From positions 192,001 to 256,000 of the forward strand of contig OZ219791.1 of the NCBI GenBank assembly GCA_964291215.2: a DNA stretch of 64,000 nucleotides. Direction: 5' to 3'. A program made the translations under genes and the position numbers. The stretch's first letter is position 1, and each line of letters starts with the position of its first letter. The notes below the pieces were generated by a model. The model worked only from the letters and a program-made list of their open reading frames with translations. It was not told where the DNA came from and searched no databases. The stretch is from Alphaproteobacteria bacterium. Its GTDB lineage: Bacteria > Pseudomonadota > Alphaproteobacteria > MPNO01 > UBA830. Shown piece by piece: positions 1 through 10,705 of the stretch.

Positions 1-627
1 CATGTCAGCGTGCGCCACCCTGACCACCCCGACCGCTATCTCATGTCGCGATCCCGCAGCCCCGAGCTCGTCACGCCGGACGACATCATGGAATTCACGC
101 TCGAGGGGGAGCCAGTCGGAGCCGGCCGGGGAAAGCCATACGCGGAACGGCATATCCACGGCGCGATACTCGAGGCCAGGCCGGATGTCGGTTCCGTCGT
201 CCACAATCACTCTGAGGCCATCATCCCGTTCGCGGTCACCGACCAGCCGCTCAGGCCGCTCATGCACGTCACCGGCGTCATCGGCGACCGTGTTCCGGTC
301 TGGGATATTGCCGACCAGTTCAACGACACGAATCTCCTGGTCACCACCATCGAGCAGGGAAGGAGCTTGGCGGCGGGCCTGTCCGACGCGCGCGTAGTAC
401 TGATGCGGGGGCATGGCTGCGCCGTCGCCGGCGCCAGCATCCGGGAGGCCGTGCTGACGGCGGTCTACACCCAGGTCAATGCCCGCATACAGCTGCAAGC
501 GATGTCCCTCGGGGCGGTCAGGTATCTCAGTCCGGGAGAAATCCGGCGTACGCCGGAAACGCTGATCGGTCCGCTGGCGATTGAGCGGGCGTGGGAGTAT
601 CTCGCGCGCCGGGCAATGGAGGCGTGA
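1..627 (+). CDS. Class II aldolase/adducin family protein (5' partial)
   Basis: Frame open from base 1 (HVSVRHP); ERHIHGAIL, VVHNHS and LMRGHG metal-binding motifs. Confidence 0.85.
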   Translation, partial: HVSVRHPDHPDRYLMSRSRSPELVTPDDIMEFTLEGEPVGAGRGKPYAERHIHGAILEARPDVGSVVHNHSEAIIPFAVTDQPLRPLMHVTGVIGDRVPVWDIADQFNDTNLLVTTIEQGRSLAAGLSDARVVLMRGHGCAVAGASIREAVLTAVYTQVNARIQLQAMSLGAVRYLSPGEIRRTPETLIGPLAIERAWEYLARRAMEA

Positions 628-647
628 TAGGGCCCGTCGGCCGCCCG

Positions 648-1112
648 TCAGGCAGCTTTGGGATGGGCGTGGCCCGCAAGCAGGCTGAGGACCGTCTCCT
701 GGTTCGGCGCCGATCTCAGAGCGTCGCATGTTGAACGGTCCCTCAGAAGACGGGAGACCCGCCTCAACACCTTGAGGTGGTCCGCGGCCGCGGTTTCAGG
801 AGCCAGCAAAAGAAAGACGAGATCGACGGACTCGTCGTCGACGGATTCGAAGTCCACGGGCGCGTCGAGCCTGGCGAAACAGGCATAGAGCCGGTCCAGC
901 CTCGCGAGCTTGCCGTGCGGCACGGCTACACCGCCGCCGATGCCCGTGGTGCCGAGGCGTTCGCGTTCCTGGAGAACGTCGAATATCTCCATCTTCGAGA
1001 GGCCGGTGGTCGCGGCTGCGCGCGCCGAGAGGTCTTCAAGTACCTGACGCTTGCTGGTGACCTTCAGGGACGGGATGACCGCGTCCCTGTCCAGAATGTC
1101 CGTGATTTCCAT
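648..1112 (-). CDS. ptsN: PTS IIA-like nitrogen regulatory protein EIIA(Ntr)
   Basis: RERLGTTGIGGGVAVPHGK motif; ATG at 1112 (MEITDIL); downstream of rpoN. Confidence 0.92.
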   Translation of the reverse strand: MEITDILDRDAVIPSLKVTSKRQVLEDLSARAAATTGLSKMEIFDVLQERERLGTTGIGGGVAVPHGKLARLDRLYACFARLDAPVDFESVDDESVDLVFLLLAPETAAADHLKVLRRVSRLLRDRSTCDALRSAPNQETVLSLLAGHAHPKAA

Positions 1113-1398
1113 TTCGTCCCCTGCGCCCGGCCTGATTTTCTTGTATTTGGCCGAGCCATAATGTCCGTCCGCGTGGTCCCGTTCGTCCAATACGCACACC
1201 CCGGCGCGGACACTCTGCACGGCGAGGCGCCGGGCTTCCGCCAGCCCCGCGCCGGCATCACGTGTTCCGCTCCGCGGGATCATGATCCGAATGTACGCCC
1301 CGGCAGACTGATGGAGCACGCCGACATCCCGGAGCCCGCTGATCAGCCTTCCACATTCCAACATGGGATTGTCGAAGATAGCAGTATCCGCAACCACG

Positions 1399-2775
1399 TC
1401 AAATGTTGCCGCCCCGGGACTGTCCTTCGGCGGCGACACGCTTGCGCCGGCGCCGAAGGGCGGATGGCGGAATCCGCATCGCGTCGCGGTACTTGGCAAT
1501 CGTGCGCCGCGCGATCCTTATCCCGTCCTGCTGCAGAATGGCCGCTATCCGGCCGTCGGAAACGACGGCCGCCGGCGTCTCGGATTCGACGATGGCCTTG
1601 ATGCGACTCCTGACCGCCACTGCCGAACAGTCTCCTGCGTCGCAACGGAAGCCGCCCGCAAACAGGGACCTCATCGCAAACATGCCGCAAGCCGTCGCGA
1701 GATACTTGTTGGCCACGGCCCGCCCGACAGTGCTCTCGTGGACGCCCATGGCGTCGGCCACGGTCCGAAGCGTCAACGGCTTCAGATGCGACAGGCCATG
1801 CTCGAGGAATGGTTCCTGGCGCGAGACGATCTCTGCGGCAACCCCGAGCAGCGTCGCACGCCGCCGCTCGAGCGCGCGGATCAGCCAGTTCGCCGACCGC
1901 AGCTGGTTGCGGATGAAGTCCCGATCCCGGTCCGTGCGCAGGCGACCGCGCGACTGCGCGTAGAAACTGCGATTGACGGCGAGCGCCGGCAGGAGGTCGT
2001 CACTGAGTTGGATGCGCCACCTGCCGGCGGCGCGGTCGACCACCACGTCGGGGACGACCGCGGGAACGACATCATGCCCGAAAGCCGCCCCCGGTCTCGG
2101 ATCGAGACTTCGTATCTCCCGCATCCTCCAGAGAAGCTCCGCCTCGTCCACACCGCTGAGCCCGCTTAGCCGCGCCGTCTCGCGATCCGCTACCAAGTCG
2201 AGATTGTCGAGAAGAACGCGGTAGGCGCCGTCGAGACGCCCCTGACGGTCGAGCTGGATGGCTAGGCACTCCTCGAGCGTGCGTGCGAACACGCCGGCGG
2301 GATCGAGGCGCCGACACTTGTCGAGAACCGCGTCGAGCAATCCGGCGTCGCAACCGAGCGCCCGGGCCGCGGCGGACGGATTGGCCTCGAGCCGCCCGTT
2401 GCCGTCGAGCATGTCCACCAGCTCGCGCGCGATGGTCCGTTCCCGCGGGTCCCGGAAATCGGCGTTGATCTGGCTGATCAGGTGATCCCTCAGCGAAGGC
2501 CCCGGCTGGACGATGCTGTCGATGTCCGCGGAAACGCCGGCGACCCCGCCATAGCCGCCGCCCGCGCCGGCGCCCGGCCGCGGGAGGCCAACGGCGGGAC
2601 CCGCGCTGCCGGCGTTCGCCCGCTCGAGAAACGCGTTCTGTTCGAGTTCCTGCGCCACAAACGCGCGAAGCTCGGCATTGGCCATCTTCAGGAGCCGGAG
2701 AGATTGTTGCTGGAATTGCGGCATGACCGCCGGCGACGGGACCTGCAGCAATGCTCCACGCCGGGCGGATGTCAT
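1399..2775 (-). CDS. rpoN: RNA polymerase sigma-54 factor
   Basis: QQSLRLL region I, HESTVGR HTH, RpoN box ARRTIAKYR; start approximate. Confidence 0.95.
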   Translation of the reverse strand: MTSARRGALLQVPSPAVMPQFQQQSLRLLKMANAELRAFVAQELEQNAFLERANAGSAGPAVGLPRPGAGAGGGYGGVAGVSADIDSIVQPGPSLRDHLISQINADFRDPRERTIARELVDMLDGNGRLEANPSAAARALGCDAGLLDAVLDKCRRLDPAGVFARTLEECLAIQLDRQGRLDGAYRVLLDNLDLVADRETARLSGLSGVDEAELLWRMREIRSLDPRPGAAFGHDVVPAVVPDVVVDRAAGRWRIQLSDDLLPALAVNRSFYAQSRGRLRTDRDRDFIRNQLRSANWLIRALERRRATLLGVAAEIVSRQEPFLEHGLSHLKPLTLRTVADAMGVHESTVGRAVANKYLATACGMFAMRSLFAGGFRCDAGDCSAVAVRSRIKAIVESETPAAVVSDGRIAAILQQDGIRIARRTIAKYRDAMRIPPSALRRRRKRVAAEGQSRGGNI

Positions 2776-2821
2776 GAGTCCTGCTTTCCGCAGACGCGCC
2801 GGCCGCGTCTTCGAACCAGGC

Positions 2822-3598
2822 CTAGAGCCGGAACTGTTCGCCGAGATACACCCGCCGGACATCGCGATGATCTATGATTTCCTCAGGCGTGCCGCGCATC
2901 AGGACATGCCCGGCATGGAGGATGTAGGCCCGGTCCACGATGGCCAGGGTATCGCGCACATTGTGGTCGGTAATCAGGATGCCGAGCCCCATGTCCCGCA
3001 GCACCGTCATCAGGTTGCGGATCCCGTCCACGGCGATCGGATCGATGCCGGCGAATGGCTCGTCGAACAGCATGTATTTGGGCCGCGAAGCCAGGGCGCG
3101 GGCGATCTCGACGCGCCGGCGCTCGCCGCCCGACAGCGCCAGCGCCGGCGTGCGGGCAAGATGAGTCAGCGAGAATTCGGCCATGAGCGCCTCAAGGCGG
3201 TCCTCCAGGTGGTCGGGATCGTCCCCCGCGATCTCGAGGATGGCGCGAATGTTGTTCTCGACCGTCAGGCCGCGAAAGACGGAGGCCTCCTGCGGCAGGT
3301 AGCCGATACCAAGCCGCGACCGCCGGTACATGGGAAGATCCGTCACGTCGAGCCCGTCGAGCACCACCGAACCGTAGTCCGGCGCTATCAGCCCGCTCGC
3401 GATATAGAAGCTTGTGGTCTTGCCGGCGCCGTTGGCGCCGAGGAGGCCGACGACTTCGCCCCGCTGCAGATCGATGCTGACGTCCTGAAGGATCTGGCGC
3501 TTGCTGAAGAACTTGCCGACGCTGTGCATCTGCAGGCCGGCATTGTCCGCAACGAGCCTGGGCCCGTCCGACGCCGGGACTTCGTGCCTCTCGGTCAC
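2822..3598 (-). CDS. lptB: LPS export ABC transporter ATP-binding protein
   Basis: GANGAGKTT, LSGGERRRVEIARAL, DEPFAGIDP, ITDHNVRDTL. Confidence 0.96.
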   Translation of the reverse strand: MTERHEVPASDGPRLVADNAGLQMHSVGKFFSKRQILQDVSIDLQRGEVVGLLGANGAGKTTSFYIASGLIAPDYGSVVLDGLDVTDLPMYRRSRLGIGYLPQEASVFRGLTVENNIRAILEIAGDDPDHLEDRLEALMAEFSLTHLARTPALALSGGERRRVEIARALASRPKYMLFDEPFAGIDPIAVDGIRNLMTVLRDMGLGILITDHNVRDTLAIVDRAYILHAGHVLMRGTPEEIIDHRDVRRVYLGEQFRL

Positions 3599-3609
3599 CG
3601 CGCGCTCCG

Positions 3610-4446
3610 TTAGCGTTTCGTGTTCGGGCTGGACTGCTGTTCGGGAACGATAAGCCCCCTGACCTTCCCGCTGCCGCCACTGAACAACTGGCTTACGCCG
3701 GTCAGGAGATTAACCGTCGCACGGTCGCCGTTCAACTGACTGGACCCGCGGGTGATCTTAACTGATCCCGCGAGCGTGACAACACCGCTGTCGATGTCGT
3801 AGGCGCCCGTACGCGAACGGACGATCTCGTCATTCGTCATGACGACGACATCCTGCGCCGCGCTGATATGCTTCACGCGCACCTTGCCGTCGGCATCCTC
3901 GGCGAGCCGCGCCCTCAGGACGCCCGCCCGAAGCGTGTTGTCCTGCCGTCTGGCCGTTGCCTTTCCGCGCGCGATCACCAGGTTGTCACGCTCGCGATAC
4001 TCAAGGCTGTCCCGGGCCGTGATCCGGTCGGTTTCCGTGACCAGCTGGATGTTGCCGGTCAGCACGAAGATGCCGGAGCCCACATCGTAGACGCCGTTAT
4101 CCCCCGAGGCTTCCTGGGTTGGCGTCGCGATCTTCACGTTGCCAAGCGCTTCCATCCGCCGGATTGACATGCCGCCGGCGGCGGCGGCGTCCTGGTAGTT
4201 CACGGTGAGCACATCGGCGTGAATCACCACATCTCCTTGGGCCGCCCGCACCTCGCCGCGGGCGGTGTAGGTCTTTGTCGTGCGGTTCCACTCCAGACCG
4301 TCCCTGGCGTCGATTTCGATCGGGAGATCACGCGTCTGTTGCGGCAACCCGATGCCCTGGCCATGGCCTGGCGCGGTCCAGAACAGGATCGCGACAAGCC
4401 CGGCTGCCACCCGGTACAGGCGATGGCGATGGAGCGTGCGCGTCAT
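3610..4446 (-). CDS. lptA: LptA/OstA family periplasmic LPS transport protein (tandem OstA domains)
   Basis: Signal peptide, PIEIDA, beta-jellyroll repeats, position between lptC and lptB. Confidence 0.85.
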   Translation of the reverse strand: MTRTLHRHRLYRVAAGLVAILFWTAPGHGQGIGLPQQTRDLPIEIDARDGLEWNRTTKTYTARGEVRAAQGDVVIHADVLTVNYQDAAAAGGMSIRRMEALGNVKIATPTQEASGDNGVYDVGSGIFVLTGNIQLVTETDRITARDSLEYRERDNLVIARGKATARRQDNTLRAGVLRARLAEDADGKVRVKHISAAQDVVVMTNDEIVRSRTGAYDIDSGVVTLAGSVKITRGSSQLNGDRATVNLLTGVSQLFSGGSGKVRGLIVPEQQSSPNTKR

Positions 4447-5144
4447 CTCGAATCCGCCGGATGGCGGGCCCGGCGAAGGAGAACCAGTTCCACGGGCCCC
4501 GTGAACAGGATGGTCGCGCCGTTGTCGAGAATTCTGAAACCCCCGGCCGCGATCGATCCGATCGCGCCTTCTCCCTCAACCGCGGTGTCGCTGGCTGCGG
4601 TGCCCGCCGAGAAATCGATCACCGCGTCCCCGGCGCGGATCCCGTATCCGGAATCCGACTCCAGCTCCACGCCGCCGGACAGGTACAGCTTGGCCTCGGA
4701 GCGCCCGTACATCCCCGTCGGCGCCGAGAGGGTCGCCCGGTCGCCGCCGGCCAGCGACACGTCGGCCTCCGGCCGGTCAAGGCGGAATTTCGTGCTGCCG
4801 TCATCGGCCTGCGTGATGGTCCGCGCCATCACCAGGAAGCGCCGCCCGTGGCCGTCGATCCCGCTCAGGCGGGGACTGGTTGCCACTTGGCGGCCTGCCG
4901 CCACGCCCGGACCCGCGTCTGGCAGACCCGGAGATATCGAGCCGAACCGGGCCTGCATTTCGGGCCAGATGCCCACCAGAAGGGTGAGGAGGACCGCGGC
5001 GAGGATCAGGATCCGCTTCACGAGCGAGAGCGTAGCGGCGCGCCTGTGCCTGTAGCGCGGCAGACGCGATTGTGCGCGATCCGAAGGTTGCTGCGCTGCA
5101 GACAACGCCGTCCCGGATCCGACGTATGCGGAAATCGTTGCCAT
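4443..5144 (-). CDS. lptC: LPS export ABC transporter periplasmic protein LptC
   Basis: Single N-terminal TM then PRLSGID..RRF; synteny kdsD-lptC-lptA. Confidence 0.8.
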   Translation of the reverse strand: MATISAYVGSGTALSAAQQPSDRAQSRLPRYRHRRAATLSLVKRILILAAVLLTLLVGIWPEMQARFGSISPGLPDAGPGVAAGRQVATSPRLSGIDGHGRRFLVMARTITQADDGSTKFRLDRPEADVSLAGGDRATLSAPTGMYGRSEAKLYLSGGVELESDSGYGIRAGDAVIDFSAGTAASDTAVEGEGAIGSIAAGGFRILDNGATILFTGPVELVLLRRARHPADSR

Positions 5145-5147
5145 GGT

Positions 5148-6146
5148 TCAGGCTGCCGTCATGCTGAGCACGTCGTGAATGTGAATGATTCCGATCGGTT
5201 TGCCGTCCCTTACCACGAAGACGTTGGTAATCTTGTTGTCGTTCATCATCGCGAAGGCTTGGGCCGCAAGAATGTCGGCGCCCACGGTCTTCGGCCTCGT
5301 CGTCATGACATCGTCCGCCGACATGCGCAAAAGGTCGTTTTCGATGTGGCGCCTGAGATCGCCATCGGTGATCATCCCGTCGAGCGTGCCCCCGGGGCCC
5401 AGGACCCCGACACATCCGAACCTCTTGCTGGTCATCTCCAGTACGGTCTCGGTCATCAGCGTGTCCAGACCGACGAGCGGCATTTCGTGTCCAGCATGCA
5501 TGACGTCGGATGCCTTGAGCAGGCGCCGGCCAAGCTGGCCGCCCGGGTGCAGCATCCGGAAATCTTCGGGAGAGAAACCGCGCCGTTCGAACAGGGCTAC
5601 GGCGATCGCGTCGCCGAGTACCATCATGACGGTCGTCGATGTGGTCGGCGCCAGATCAAGGGGACATGCTTCGGGACTGTTCGGAATCACCAGCGAGATG
5701 TCGGCGGCGCGCGCAAGCGCGCTGTCGGGCCGGGCGGTAACGGAAACCAGGCGGATCTGCTGGAGCTTGACGTAGTGCAGGAGATCCGAAAGCTCGGAGG
5801 TCTCGCCGGAATTGGAGAGCGCAATAACGGCGTCCTCCTTGGTGATCATGCCAAGGTCGCCGTGGCTGGCCTCCGCCGGATGCACGTATTGTGCGGGCGC
5901 GCCGGTTGACGCGAGCGTCGCCGCCATCTTGCGCGCGACATGACCGCTCTTGCCCATGCCGGTGACAATGATCCGTCCGTTCACGCGTTCGAGCAGGTCC
6001 ACGGTCCGGACAAAGCACTCGTCGAGCCGCCCAGACAGTGCGCTCAGGCCTGCGATCTCGGTTTCCAGCACACGACGCGCCGACGCCAGCGCCGAGGCAT
6101 CCTCGCCAGCTTGGCAGTCGCGCAACTGGCCTGCTGAATTCGCCAT
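5148..6146 (-). CDS. kdsD: KpsF/GutQ arabinose-5-phosphate isomerase
   Basis: GMGKSGH, HPAEASHGDLG, APTTSTT, HPGGQLG, C-terminal CBS pair. Confidence 0.93.
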   Translation of the reverse strand: MANSAGQLRDCQAGEDASALASARRVLETEIAGLSALSGRLDECFVRTVDLLERVNGRIIVTGMGKSGHVARKMAATLASTGAPAQYVHPAEASHGDLGMITKEDAVIALSNSGETSELSDLLHYVKLQQIRLVSVTARPDSALARAADISLVIPNSPEACPLDLAPTTSTTVMMVLGDAIAVALFERRGFSPEDFRMLHPGGQLGRRLLKASDVMHAGHEMPLVGLDTLMTETVLEMTSKRFGCVGVLGPGGTLDGMITDGDLRRHIENDLLRMSADDVMTTRPKTVGADILAAQAFAMMNDNKITNVFVVRDGKPIGIIHIHDVLSMTAA

Positions 6147-6215
6147 TTCCGACTCCGAATTCCGCAACCCTACAGGCTTTTCCGGGTGCAGGCCAGCCTG
6201 TCGGCACCGCACCGG

Positions 6216-6827
6216 CTAGTGCGCGAAGAGGTCGACGTCACGCCAGCCGGCGAGGTCGAGTTCGACCCGGTGGGGAAGAAAGTCGAAACAGGCGGCCGCA
6301 AGTTCGGCGCGTCCCTCCCGGACCAGAATTTCGTCGAGCCGAGCCTTCAGCGCATGGAGATGAAGCACGTCCGATGCCGCATATTCGAGCTGCTGCGGGG
6401 TTAGTTCCGGCGCGCCCCAGTCCGAAGATTGCTGTTCCTTGGACAGGTCGACACCGAGCAAATCCCTGCACAGGTCCTTGAGGCCGTGGCGGTCGCTGAA
6501 GGTTCTCGCCAACCTCGAGGCGATCTTGGTGCAATAGACAGGCCGGCACGTCACGCCGAAGGTCTTCCGGAGCACGGCGATGTCGAACCGGCCGAAATGG
6601 AAGAGCTTCTCCACCGAGGCGTCTTCCAGAAGCCTGACGAGATTGGGCGCTTCCCGCGTTCCCGGGCCGATCTTCACGACATGCGCATCGCCGTCGCCGG
6701 CCGACAGCTGCACAAGGCAGAGCCTGTCGCGGCGAAGGTCGAGGCCCATCGTTTCCGTGTCGATTGCGACGGTGCCCCCGAACTCGAGGCCGGAAGGCAA
6801 ATCGCCGAGATGAAGCGTGGCGGTCAA
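6216..6827 (-). CDS. rnd: Ribonuclease D (3'-5' exonuclease)
   Basis: DTETMG, RLCLVQL, CTKIASRL, QQSSDW, YAASDV; TTG start. Confidence 0.9.
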   Translation of the reverse strand: MTATLHLGDLPSGLEFGGTVAIDTETMGLDLRRDRLCLVQLSAGDGDAHVVKIGPGTREAPNLVRLLEDASVEKLFHFGRFDIAVLRKTFGVTCRPVYCTKIASRLARTFSDRHGLKDLCRDLLGVDLSKEQQSSDWGAPELTPQQLEYAASDVLHLHALKARLDEILVREGRAELAAACFDFLPHRVELDLAGWRDVDLFAH

Positions 6828-6883
6828 GACATGTCACCCCGATCGCTCCACGGCTAGGCCCCGCCACGCGGCAGCGCCGAGAA

Positions 6884-6970
6884 TGGTGCCCAGGAGAAGA
6901 CTCGAACTTCCACGGCCTTGCGGCCACAGGTACCTGAAACCTGCGCGTCTACCAATTCCGCCACCTGGGC
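6884..6970 (-). tRNA. tRNA-Leu(CAG)
   Basis: GCCCAGGTGGCGGAATTGGTAGACGCG-CAGGT-TTCAGGT-ACCTG, long variable arm, GTTCGAGTC, encoded CCA. Confidence 0.96.
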
Positions 6971-7223
6971 ATCCGTCCGAGCGACAGGGATATGCGCCAG
7001 CCTCGCGGCGATGTCAACCGCCGCGGCGTCCGGGGCCACGACAATCCCACGCTGCTAATCCGGTGACGACTGGCGAGATTTTCTCAGTTTGCGTCGCGTT
7101 GCAATCGTGCCGCCAAGGCTCGATGGAACCTTCTTGGCACGAAAATTGCGATCAAGGAGGAGATCTGTGATGAGCCCCAACGCATTCGGATTTCGCGTCT
7201 CTGAATTAGCATGGGATCGTCGT

Positions 7224-7320
7224 GCTGCTCACCTCCTAGTTCCGGCTTGATGTCGGGGTAGAGCAACGAACGGGTTTTCGTGGAGATCTGACACTGCAGA
7301 TCTATTCGGTTAGTGTGAAC
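7224..7320 (+). repeat. Left-end segment of the IS66-family element (also at about 10080-10172 and 60311-60410)
   Basis: Near-identical GTTCCGGCTTGATGTCGGGGTAGAGCAAC...GTGGAGAT stretch in three places. Confidence 0.8.
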
Positions 7321-7579
7321 TTCCTGGGCTGCCTCCGCCAAATCCTGATCCTGGCTGAATGTCACGGCCACATCGAGAGCGCCGTTACGCGCGATTTGCA
7401 CCGTGTCGAGACCAATCCGAAGGTCTGTTTCCTTCTCGCGCTGTGCCGGCACACCATGCGTCGTACCGTCCGGAAGCGGGACCCGCTCGGAGCGCGGTTT
7501 CCGGGAGGTCACGAGAATCCCGACGCGGCTCATTGCGGTCAGGTACCGCGCCCGGCACGCCGGATCTTTCCTGACGTCG

Positions 7580-8030
7580 GGGCATCTCCTAACCCCTCCG
7601 CAGAGGCGGGTTTGGCGTTGTGCATCTTGATCATGTCGGCGGCGAGTGCGATCCGGATGGCGACGAGCGGGCTGTAGCCGAGTGCGGCCATGGAGGCGAG
7701 ATAGCTTGAGCTTTGGTACCGGGCCTCGGCGTGAAACCAGGTTCGGAAGCGTCCGGACACCTTGATCCTGACCTTTGCCATCCGGATTTTCTGCTCGCCG
7801 GTGTCGTTTGTGAGGCTGATGTTCGAGTCGCTCATGAAGCGCAGGATGGACTCTTCGTGCCTTGCGAGACGCTCCTGGAGGTTGTGCGCGTCGGATTTCG
7901 CGATCGGTTCGCGTTTTCCTTTCTGTCGGAGCGGGATTTCAGGCAGTTCCTTCGCCGGGTGAGAGTTTCGTATGGCACAGTTGCAGGCTCAGTACCATTT
8001 GTTCATCTCACAGTGCCGGGGTGTGATTTG
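7580..8030 (-). pseudogene. IS66-family transposase 3' fragment with right end
   Basis: SLTNDTGEQKIRMAKVRIKVSGRFR, homologous to 63079-63318; degenerate IR GGGGTTAGGAGATGC. Confidence 0.75.
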
Positions 8031-8342
8031 GGCTGATGTTGTCGTTGGCTGGTGCGTCGTCTGCACCGATCATGGCCGTCCACGCGCTCTCGAAGCGGCC
8101 GGATTCGAGCAGGGCGCGGAAGATGATTGTCCGCCGACGATGCGCCAGCGCATCCCGGAGCGTTTCATGCGCTGTGTGACGAGGGTCTTGTTTGCCGCCT
8201 CGACAATTCCCGAGCCGGTTGCTTCAGCGCGTGGTAGCGCATGCGATGGCGATGCTTGCGGAAGAAGGACAGTTCCCTGTCGATGTTGGCGCCGCGGTGT
8301 CGCGAAGGTGGCGCAGCGCCCGGATCACCCTGTCGATGCCGC
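8030..8342 (-). pseudogene. ISKra4-like transposase C-terminal fragment
   Basis: GSGIVEAANKTLVTQRMKRSGMRWR..GGQ motif. Confidence 0.6.
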
Positions 8343-8470
8343 GGGGGTCGTGACAAAATCCTGTCCCGAAACGGGCGATTGTCACGAAAACCCGTTTTCG
8401 CCGCTACCTCGCAACCGTACAACCGTGTTAAATCAATGACTTGGATTCGTCATACGAGAACTGCACCCCC
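8343..8470. mobile_element. Possible Tn3-type miniature element with res-like and IHF sites
   Basis: GGGGG...CCCCC ends with partial IR, TGTCACGAAAACCCGTTTT, IHF-like AATCAATGACTTG. Confidence 0.35.
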
Positions 8471-10172
8471 TTCGCCCCCCGGATCAGGATGGTCCGGTAT
8501 CGCTTGATGACGCTGCGGCGGTCGGCCTCGTTCGTTCAGGATCCTGGATACGCTCTTGTCAACCCTGTGGCAGGCAGCAGTTTCTTCATCACGCGTGCCA
8601 GCGGTAGCCGTTGGAGTCGATGATGAAGGTCAGTTCCCCGAGCAGGTGGGACCTGCGCAGCTGGTGGGTGCATTGATCACAGGCCGGGTATGCGGCCAGC
8701 AGTCGTGGACCAGCGTGCCGGTGTAGCTGATGCCGATCTCCTCGATCGCCTGCCTGCCGCGCCTGCGATGCAGGAACTTGCACGTCCCGTCGGTGAAGAC
8801 ATGGAGCGATCGGATCCTGCCGTCGACCCGGAAGCCGGTTTCGTCGACATGCAGCGCCGTGCGTTCCGGCAGCTCGGCGATGGCGGCATGGAGTGCAGCG
8901 CGTCATGCAGGCGCCTGACGTAGCCGAGGCAGGTGGCCTCGGAGAGCCCGGAGATCGCCTGCACCAGAGCGACGGCCCGGCGCAGGGACAGCATTTGGGC
9001 GACCGGCAGGTTGATGACGAAGGCCTGCAGATCGACGCCGTACTGCAGCGGTCCGGGCATGGTCTCGGGAAACCGCCCCCGGCTCCGGCATTCCTTGACC
9101 TCGGCGCGGCGCTCGATGATCTCGAAGACGATGTCGTGCGACGCTCCCGGTCGACAGCCTCGACGCCGTCGGCGCCGCAGGCCTCGACGGCGACCGTCTC
9201 CTCGACGACGGTCTTCCGGAGGTTGTCGCCTGTCTGCAGGTTCGGCTTCGGGCCCTTGCCGCTGGCGCCGCTCGTCCTTGTCCGTCTGCGACGGCGCAAG
9301 GCCGGAGTTGGCGCGGGCCGTCTTCTCCAGCAGGACGGCAATCAGGATGCTCACCAAGGTGGACAGCACGCGGATTACGTCATCGGTCTCTCCGGATATC
9401 TTGCCGGCCGCGCCGCGGTCCTGGCCGCCTCGAACTCCTCGCCCGTCGCCATCATCCGGCCTCGCCGCGAGCATCGCCTGGCGCTCGCCCGGCAGCATCT
9501 TCCGGTACCCCGCCTTGCGCTTGATGCGCTGACGGTCCGTGCGGTTCCGCCCGACATCGCCGGCCGAGTGCATCCGCCCGGGCTCGAAGTCGAGCCACCT
9601 CGGTGCGGACCCGGGGCGTCACCTGCACGGCGATGCGGCGCCAGTCCCGCAGCAGGTCGTCGTACAACGCCGAGGGGTGGCCCGAGACCATCGCCTGACA
9701 CGGCAGCCCCAGTTCAAGGAGTTCGACATGGTCGGCTTCGGTGCAGTCGTGGCGGTACCGCCGGTCCGACCGGCGGGTCGCCTGCAGGGGTCGCTGCAGA
9801 CCAGTTCCGTGCCCCGGAACGCAAGGCCGGCGGGAACGCGTGGGCGCAGCCGTGGATCAGTTCCACCGCATAGTCGCACCCGAACCCGTCCAGCGCTCCC
9901 GATCGATCCCGATAGAGCACGGCGCCTTGCGCTTCATCAGCGCGCCGCCGCCTCCCGGATGCGTTTCCACAAACAGATCATGCGGGGGCTGGAGCCCCGA
10001 AAGCAGCTGGCACAGCCCGCTCGTCGCCTTCGATCCAAAGTGGCCCACTGGTGGTCCCCGTCGTTCTCGATGCCCACCACTGAACGAATCGGGCTGCAAT
10101 GTCAAATCTCCACGAAAACCCGTTCGTTGCTCTACCCCGACATCAAGCCGGAACCAGGGGGTGAGCAGTTAC
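8471..10172 (-). mobile_element. Decayed single-ORF IS66-family element, with unrelated DNA at about 9500-9930
   Basis: Left IR GTAACTGCTCACCCCC at 10172; fragments NSGLAPSQ, PGPLQYG, HVDET, HQL..SHLLGEL; many frameshifts. Confidence 0.75.
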
Positions 10173-10624
10173 GAAGGAGGCGAGGTTCGGGAATGTCCCC
10201 GGCGCCGCAAGCACCAGCAGTCGCGTGTTGTTCGCGATCAGATCAAGCCACTGCTGCTCCGGCTTCCAGCCAATCCACCGGTCGTGCGGACGACACTTGA
10301 AGGCCGCGTTCTGCCACGTCGCCAGACCCGGCCACTACCCCCTGAAGGACGCAATATGGCGCAGCCCCGCCAGACGGCGAAACCCGAGATAGTCGTCCAT
10401 CAACGCAGCGGACGCTCCTCAGGCTTCGCGAACCTCGGACAGACCCTTCCGGAGCTGCGACGTGAATCGGACAGGACGCGATGTGCTTGCGAACCGACAT
10501 CCCCGCACCATGACAACTCCAGTGCAGGAAAGCCAGCGAAAACTGCAAAAAAATCTCCTCACACCAACCCGCGCCCCCCTAAACCCAGGTGCTGCCTTGA
10601 AAAACAAACAGAATTTAGCGTAGG
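10173..10624 (-). mobile_element. DUF4338-ISAs1 element, left end and DUF4338 start (copy A), truncated at IS66
   Basis: About 190 bp nearly identical to 54015-54203; DUF4338-like fragments (YLGFRRLAGLR, RWIGWKPEQ). Confidence 0.65.
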
Positions 10625-10705
10625 ACCTTCCCGAGTCCGGGGACGGGCGATTTGCGTACCGGACGGCGCGGTGATAAGCGACAGGGCAGCGACGGCAACG
10701 AGGAC

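Noticed and set aside
6884-10624. tRNA-anchored genomic island
   Set aside because: The IS cluster is on the tRNA 5' side; no integrase or duplicated tRNA 3' end seen
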